Shown: piece after piece, positions 59,013 to 64,000 of the stretch | Layout: every line of letters starts with the position of its first letter | How positions within the stretch are numbered: the first letter of the stretch is position 1 | DNA from: an uncultured Gemmatimonadaceae bacterium | GTDB taxonomy: Bacteria > Gemmatimonadota > Gemmatimonadetes > Gemmatimonadales > Gemmatimonadaceae | Assembly: GCA_963790305.1 (NCBI GenBank) | Contig: CAWBOC010000005.1 | Coordinates: forward strand, 32,001 to 96,000 | Length of the DNA stretch: 64,000 nucleotides | Reading direction: 5' to 3' | Program-made: the position numbers and the translations under genes | Notes under the pieces: model-generated | Told to the model about the DNA's origin: nothing | Seen by the model: only the letters and a program-made list of their open reading frames with translations | Database searches by the model: none

Positions 59013-60548
59013 ATGGAGAATCATTTGCGATCGATTTTGACGATGCTCGCCCTGGCGCTCACACCACTCCTCGTGGAGGCGCAGCACCCGCACACGACGG
59101 CCAAGCTGCTCAATGGGCTCGGCGACCACCATCACGCAATCACGACGAAGAGCCCGCAGGCGCAGCGCTTCTTCGACCAGGGGCTCGCGCTCGCGTACGC
59201 CTTCAATCATCCGGAAGCGAAGCGGTCGTTCGAGGAGGCGGCGCGCCTCGACCCGTCGTGCGCCATGTGCCATTGGGGGATCGCCTTCGTGCTCGGCCCC
59301 AACATCAACGCGTCGATGGACCCGGCGGTGAACGCGGAGGCATATTCGGCATCGCGCCGAGCGCTGGCGCTGGCGCCTAACGTCACCGCTCGAGAGCGCG
59401 CCTACGTTGAAGCGCTGGCGAAGCGGTACGCCGAGCGTTCACCAGAGAACCGCGCCCCGCTCGACAGCGCGTTCGCGCGCGCGATGCGCGAGGTCGCCAC
59501 ACGCTTTCCAGCGGACGACGATGCCAGGACCATCTACGCCGAAGCGCTGATGGATTTGACGCCGTGGACGTACTGGACTCGCGATAAGCGCCCTCTTCCT
59601 GGCACGGCCGACCTCATCGCGGCGCTCGAGACCGTCAGTGCGCGGAATCCCAAGCATCCCGGCGCCTGTCATCTGTACATCCACGCCGTCGAATCGGCCT
59701 TCCCAGAACGAGCGGTGGCCTGTGCCGAGCGGCTGGCGGCGCTCATGCCGTCAGCTGGCCACATCGTGCACATGCCGGCGCACATCTACCTCCGCGTGGG
59801 GCGGTACGAGGACGCCATCCGCGCGAACGAGCACGCCGTCCACGCCGACGAGACCTACATCGCCGACCAGCGAGCCGAGAGCTTCTATACGGTCGCGTAC
59901 TATCCGCACAACTATCACTTTCTCGCGTTCGCCGCGATCATGGCTGGCCTCGACTCCCGCGCGCTCGAGGCTGCACGTGCAGCGGCGTCGAAGATTCCGC
60001 TGGACATCGCCGCCGTCGCGCCAGATCTCCAGCTTCTGGTCGCGTATCCACACGTGACGCTGGCGACGTTCGACCGCTTCGACGAAGTGCTTCGCGAGCC
60101 GCTTCCCCGGAGCGACCTCCGCGTCGCGACCGGCCTCGCATGGTTCGCGCGCGGAGTCGCGTTCGCCGCCAAACAACGGTTCGCCGACGCGAGAGCCGCC
60201 CTCGACACCGTCCGCGCGATATCAGCCGCGTTGACGACCAATCCGGGGGATCCGGTGATGAGCATCGCCGAGCGAGTGCTCGCGGCGCAGATCGCCATGC
60301 GATTGGGAAGGCCCGCCGATGCGATCGCGCCCCTCACCGAGGCGAAGGACATCGAGGACGGCTTGATGTACATGGAGCCGCCCTTCTGGCACCAACCCGT
60401 GCGCCACGTTCTGGGTGCGGCGCTCCTCGAGCTTGGCCGCCCGGCGGACGCGGAACGGGTCTATCGCGAAGACCTTGCGAGGTTTCCAAAGAACGTGTGG
60501 AGCATGCGCGGTCTCGAGCGGAGCTCCCGCGCGTCGAGGCAGAACTGA
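59013..60548 (+). CDS. Exported TPR-like protein
   Basis: AQ.FFDQGL...Y.FNH.EA, HPGA.H.YIH, H..HMP.HIY; TPR helices. Confidence 0.82.
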   Translation: MENHLRSILTMLALALTPLLVEAQHPHTTAKLLNGLGDHHHAITTKSPQAQRFFDQGLALAYAFNHPEAKRSFEEAARLDPSCAMCHWGIAFVLGPNINASMDPAVNAEAYSASRRALALAPNVTARERAYVEALAKRYAERSPENRAPLDSAFARAMREVATRFPADDDARTIYAEALMDLTPWTYWTRDKRPLPGTADLIAALETVSARNPKHPGACHLYIHAVESAFPERAVACAERLAALMPSAGHIVHMPAHIYLRVGRYEDAIRANEHAVHADETYIADQRAESFYTVAYYPHNYHFLAFAAIMAGLDSRALEAARAAASKIPLDIAAVAPDLQLLVAYPHVTLATFDRFDEVLREPLPRSDLRVATGLAWFARGVAFAAKQRFADARAALDTVRAISAALTTNPGDPVMSIAERVLAAQIAMRLGRPADAIAPLTEAKDIEDGLMYMEPPFWHQPVRHVLGAALLELGRPADAERVYREDLARFPKNVWSMRGLERSSRASRQN

Positions 60549-60592
60549 GGGACGATTGCGGAGTCATCGCAACGCGCCTCAGTCGCGTGGAC

Positions 60593-62518
60593 TCACCCTC
60601 CGGGACGCGGCCTGGCGCGAGCCGCGGCGGCGAGCAAGCGTAACCGCTCGAGAAGGTCGGTCTCGGTCGGCGTTCCGCGGCACGAGTGCTCCTGCAACCG
60701 CTCGAGCACCGTCCAGATCGCGTGCAGTGTCGCGTTGGCATCCTCGCGCTCGAGACGCTTCACCTCGAGAAGCTCGGCCTGTCCCCGCATGATCCTCGCG
60801 TATCCCTCGAGGTGTTGACGGGCGTCGCGCTGTGTTTCGTTCAGCTGAGCCATACGTCGCTCCATCCGGTTGAGCTCTTCCGGATCGGCATCTCGGGCGA
60901 GGTTCTCGATATCGCCGTCCAGCCGCTCGACATCGTCGAGAAGAAGGCGCGCGGCATCGGTGGCGTCACTGCCGCCTTCGCGCGCCCGTCCGCTCAACAG
61001 CCCCGCCGCGTTTTCGATCGCACGCAGCATGGATCGCGCGGAGTCCGGTGGTGTCGCGCATGCGGCCGCGGCATCGGGACGCGTGATGAGGACGGCGTTG
61101 AAAGGCGGTTGATTCCAGAACGCGACACCGATCGTGGGACCGAAGAGCAGGCGCGACGCGTTCTGCATCGCGAAGCCGCGAGCGCGCCAGCGCACGAGGG
61201 CTGTCGCTACGGCCAGCACGGCGACGACCGAAACCGCGATCACCGACCACCTCAGTGGCTCGCGTGCGAGGCCGGGAAGTGCCGATCGCGTCACGAGCCA
61301 CGCGAGGATGGTGGCGAACATGAGCGTCAGAAGGACGCGTGTGAGCCGCGCGCTCGGCGGGAGACACTCCCACACGTCTCCCGGACGACGGAGGGCGCGC
61401 GGCCACCAGAGGCCCCACCACTTGGGAGCCCACATGCTCACACGGAGCACGTCACGCAGTGCATACCCGTGGTCCGCGATGCCACGCGCGTAAATCAGGA
61501 ATCCGATGGCGACGAGCAGCCCCGCGAGCGACGTCACCGCCGCAAGGACATAGTCGGCTGATGCCCAGCCGTTCACTGCCCAGGCCACCGCGGCGAGCAA
61601 CACAATCACCATGAAGGCGCCGAACCCCGTCACTCCTCGCAGCTCCTCGGTGACCGGCTCGTCCTCGCTTGCCTCACGAGAGAGAGCACTGTGCAGAGCC
61701 CGGGCATCGGGCCATCGGCGCTCCGGAGCCTTCTCGAGACATCTCGAGATAGCCGCCACCAGATCCTGCGGCGCGTCAGGCACCAATTCGCGCAGCGGCA
61801 TTGGTTCTTCGGTGAGAATCTTCCCGATGACGCTGGCCGGCCCGCTCCCCTGGTGCGGGGGGCGACCGGCGAGCATGGTGTAGCCGATAGCGCCAAGAGA
61901 ATAGAGGTCACTTCAATGATCAATGTCGCGCTCCGCGGCCGCTTGCTCCGGCGACATGTATTGGGGGGTGCCGATCATGAATCCGGAGAGCGTGAGGTGG
62001 CTTCCGTCGTCCATGGCCTTGGCAATGCCGAAATCCGCGAGGAGCGGCCGTCCCGAGTCGGCAGCGATCAGAATGTTTTCTGGTTTGAGGTCGCGATGAA
62101 TGATTCCGCGGCGGTGCGCATGGTCGAGTGCATCAGAGAGGTCGAGGAGAATGCGACGGGTTGCGTCGGGAGGGAGACGCCCCTCGTACCGGAGTCGTCG
62201 GCCGAGCGATTCGCCGCGCACGAATTCCATGATGATGTACGGAAACTCTCCCGTTTCATCGAACTCGAACACCGGGACGATCAATGGGTGGGACAGCGAG
62301 GCTGCGAGTCGCGCTTCGCGCCGAAACCGGTCGCGGGCGCCCGCGGTGAGCGCGCCCGGGAGGAGGACCTTGATCGCGACCAGCTTTTCGAGGGCTCGCG
62401 CCCGTGCGCAGAACACCATGCCCATGCCGCCGTGGCCATGGAGATTCAGAATCTCGTAACGCGCGCTCAGGGCATCCTCGAGCGCGGCACGCGCAGACTC
62501 GGACCGTTCGCGGTCCAT
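60593..62518 (-). pseudogene. Membrane Ser/Thr protein kinase with in-frame TGA at 61913-61915
   Basis: GGMG.V, AIK, HRDLKPEN, DFG, GTPQYMSPE, then DH*SDLYSLG continuing in the same frame. Confidence 0.85.
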
Positions 62519-62584
62519 TCGCCCTCCGCGGCGCTCACGGCGGCTTGCCGTCCGACTCCGCCAATATCCGGGCATTGTGCAGGG

Positions 62585-63280
62585 GTGTCAAACGCTCGTT
62601 ATGGCTGGATCGCCGGAGCTCTCGCAGGCACGCTCGCCATGGGACCGCTCTGGGCGCAGACGAGCTCGGCCGAGCTGACGGCCGAGCAGCGCGGGCTCAT
62701 CAATGCGCGGGAGCAGGTGTTCGTCACGCGCGACTCGGCGAAGACACCGTGGCCAATGGCGTGGGCCTATCAGTTCATCGACGCGACACCAGAGGTCGCC
62801 GCTGCAGTCTTTGCCGATGCGGAACGACAGGTCGACTACGTCCCGGGCCTCAAGAGCTCACGCGTCACCCGGACGATCGCTCCGGGCGTGATCGAGGTCC
62901 GGCAGGAGATGCGCGTCCCAATCGTGAAAGATGAATGGTGGGAGGTGCGCGACACGGTGCGCGCGCACGATGATGGCAGCTATCGCATCACCTGGACGCT
63001 CGTTCGCGCCCGCACGACGAAGAGCGTTACCGGGTACGCGCACTTCGAGCCCTATCGCAACGCACTTACCGGCCGCGATGGGACGCTACTGACTTATCAC
63101 AACTTCGCCGTTCCGGGCTCCCGCATGGCGGGAATCGGTCCGATCGAGCGACACGCGCTGAAGAAGCTGCGCGAGACCGCGCGCGCACTGCGAGACCAGG
63201 TCGAGCGCGAGCGCAGCGAGGACCCGGATCTCCTGGCGAGGCAACTCGCGGCGTTGAAAGAGATGGTTCGAAAGGAGTGA
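62585..63280 (+). CDS. SRPBCC/START-like exported protein
   Basis: C-terminal part of 529-aa ORF; IDATPE...VF.D...YVP; GTG start approximate. Confidence 0.6.
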   Translation: MSNARYGWIAGALAGTLAMGPLWAQTSSAELTAEQRGLINAREQVFVTRDSAKTPWPMAWAYQFIDATPEVAAAVFADAERQVDYVPGLKSSRVTRTIAPGVIEVRQEMRVPIVKDEWWEVRDTVRAHDDGSYRITWTLVRARTTKSVTGYAHFEPYRNALTGRDGTLLTYHNFAVPGSRMAGIGPIERHALKKLRETARALRDQVERERSEDPDLLARQLAALKEMVRKE

Positions 63281-63376
63281 GGAGTGAGGAGTGAGGAGTG
63301 CGGATTGTGATGCGGAATAGAACCATTCGATCAATCGCATTCCTCACTCCTCACTCCTCACTCCTCACTCCTCACT
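63273..63376. repeat. Heptamer palindrome, family G: (AGGAGTG)x4 ... (CCTCACT)x5
   Basis: Perfect units; both convergent stop codons lie inside the units. Confidence 0.93.
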
Positions 63377-64000
63377 CGTTCGCCGCTGTCCCCCGCTTCA
63401 TCGCATCCTTCCTCGTCAGCGCGAACCCGACTGAATTGAAGTTCCAGCTCGCGACATCCTGAAAGAGCTTCCGCGCTTCGTCCGACTGCCCCGCGCCTTG
63501 AAGCGCGAGCGCAAGGTGGTACTTCTGGTACACGTCGGTGAGATCGGCCTGGCGGTAATGCGGGATCGCCTGCGCGAACTCCTTCTTGCGCAGCTCGATC
63601 AAGCCCAGCAGCGAGTGGTAGGTCTCGAGGCGCCGCGGGTTCTGATCCTTCTCCACGAGGGCTTTGTGCTCGTTCGCCTTCGCGAGCGCCTTGGCGAAGT
63701 CGCCGCGCCGGGCCGCGAGCTGGCTCTCCCAGGACGTGATCGCCGCCTCCGTCAGACGCGTGTTGTTCGCGTCGTTCACCGCGTTCGCGTCGGCACGTAC
63801 CACCCGTGCGTACAGCGGGAGCACCCGCTCGGCGTCGGCCAGAAGATCGTTATGCAGCGCGATCTGGAGAGCGCTCACCAACGCGAACGTCTTGGCGCCA
63901 TTCACCTGCTTGGCCGGGACCGTCTTCTCCGCTGAGCGCGCGACGGCGGTGAGCTCTTCGATGGCGGCCGCGGGCTGCGCCGCGTGCACGCTCGCGTACG
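63372..64000 (-). CDS. TPR protein, C-terminal part (truncated at right edge)
   Basis: YHSLLGLIEL..KEF.QAI..Y, YHLALAL..AG...EA..LF. Confidence 0.7.
   Translation of the reverse strand, partial: YASVHAAQPAAAIEELTAVARSAEKTVPAKQVNGAKTFALVSALQIALHNDLLADAERVLPLYARVVRADANAVNDANNTRLTEAAITSWESQLAARRGDFAKALAKANEHKALVEKDQNPRRLETYHSLLGLIELRKKEFAQAIPHYRQADLTDVYQKYHLALALQGAGQSDEARKLFQDVASWNFNSVGFALTRKDAMKRGTAANE

Noticed and set aside
199..59382. GCCTAAC / GTTAGGC match the integron attC cores RYYYAAC / GTTRRRY
   Set aside because: Sites are unpaired, mostly inside CDS, do not bound the hairpins, and no integrase is present.
61913..61915. Selenocysteine or recoded TGA
   Set aside because: Position corresponds to Arg, not Cys or Trp, and TGA is a normal stop in many genes here.
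63273..63376. CRISPR array or simple VNTR
   Set aside because: Units are 7 nt, contiguous and inverted about a spacer; no repeat-spacer series or cas genes here or elsewhere in the window.
219..63935. Many long antisense or alternate-frame ORFs (e.g. 219-1190, 5042-6586, 6048-7616, 26747-28420, 41357-42697, 54390-55607)
   Set aside because: Shadow ORFs typical of high-GC DNA; they overlap well-supported genes and carry no recognisable motifs.

Overview
High-GC bacterial chromosomal window; the gene set and lipoprotein N-termini suggest Gemmatimonadota (inference only). It holds about 53 genes, mostly secreted or periplasmic hydrolases and lipoproteins. Clusters: (i) an AlbA_2/HATPase regulator cut by the left edge; (ii) a MoaD/ubiquitin-like small gene coupled to a 1651-aa DUF4132-type gene; (iii) a co-oriented run of secreted enzymes (lysyl oxidase, S1 protease, vanadium haloperoxidase/PAP2, serine hydrolase); (iv) a six-gene PNAG-like exopolysaccharide operon led by a KaiC/RecA-like ATPase, with a divergent GH18 gene; (v) a BlaI / BlaR1-HEAT / HEAT operon with a clear double palindromic operator. 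No rRNA, tRNA, CRISPR, transposase, integrase or reverse transcriptase was recognised. The strongest non-gene signal is about 19 long intergenic palindromes whose arms are tandem 7-10-nt units, all 3' of a gene. One of them encloses a four-helix-bundle (23S-IVP/Avd-like) gene in 37-bp inverted arms, while three gene-less copies of the same arms lie nearby, two of them bracketing egtD as direct repeats. A second signal is the non-palindromic motif RCCTAAC(G), found by eye at about 23 sites, often using rare TTA/CTA codons. Four apparent frameshifts and one in-frame TGA may be assembly errors.
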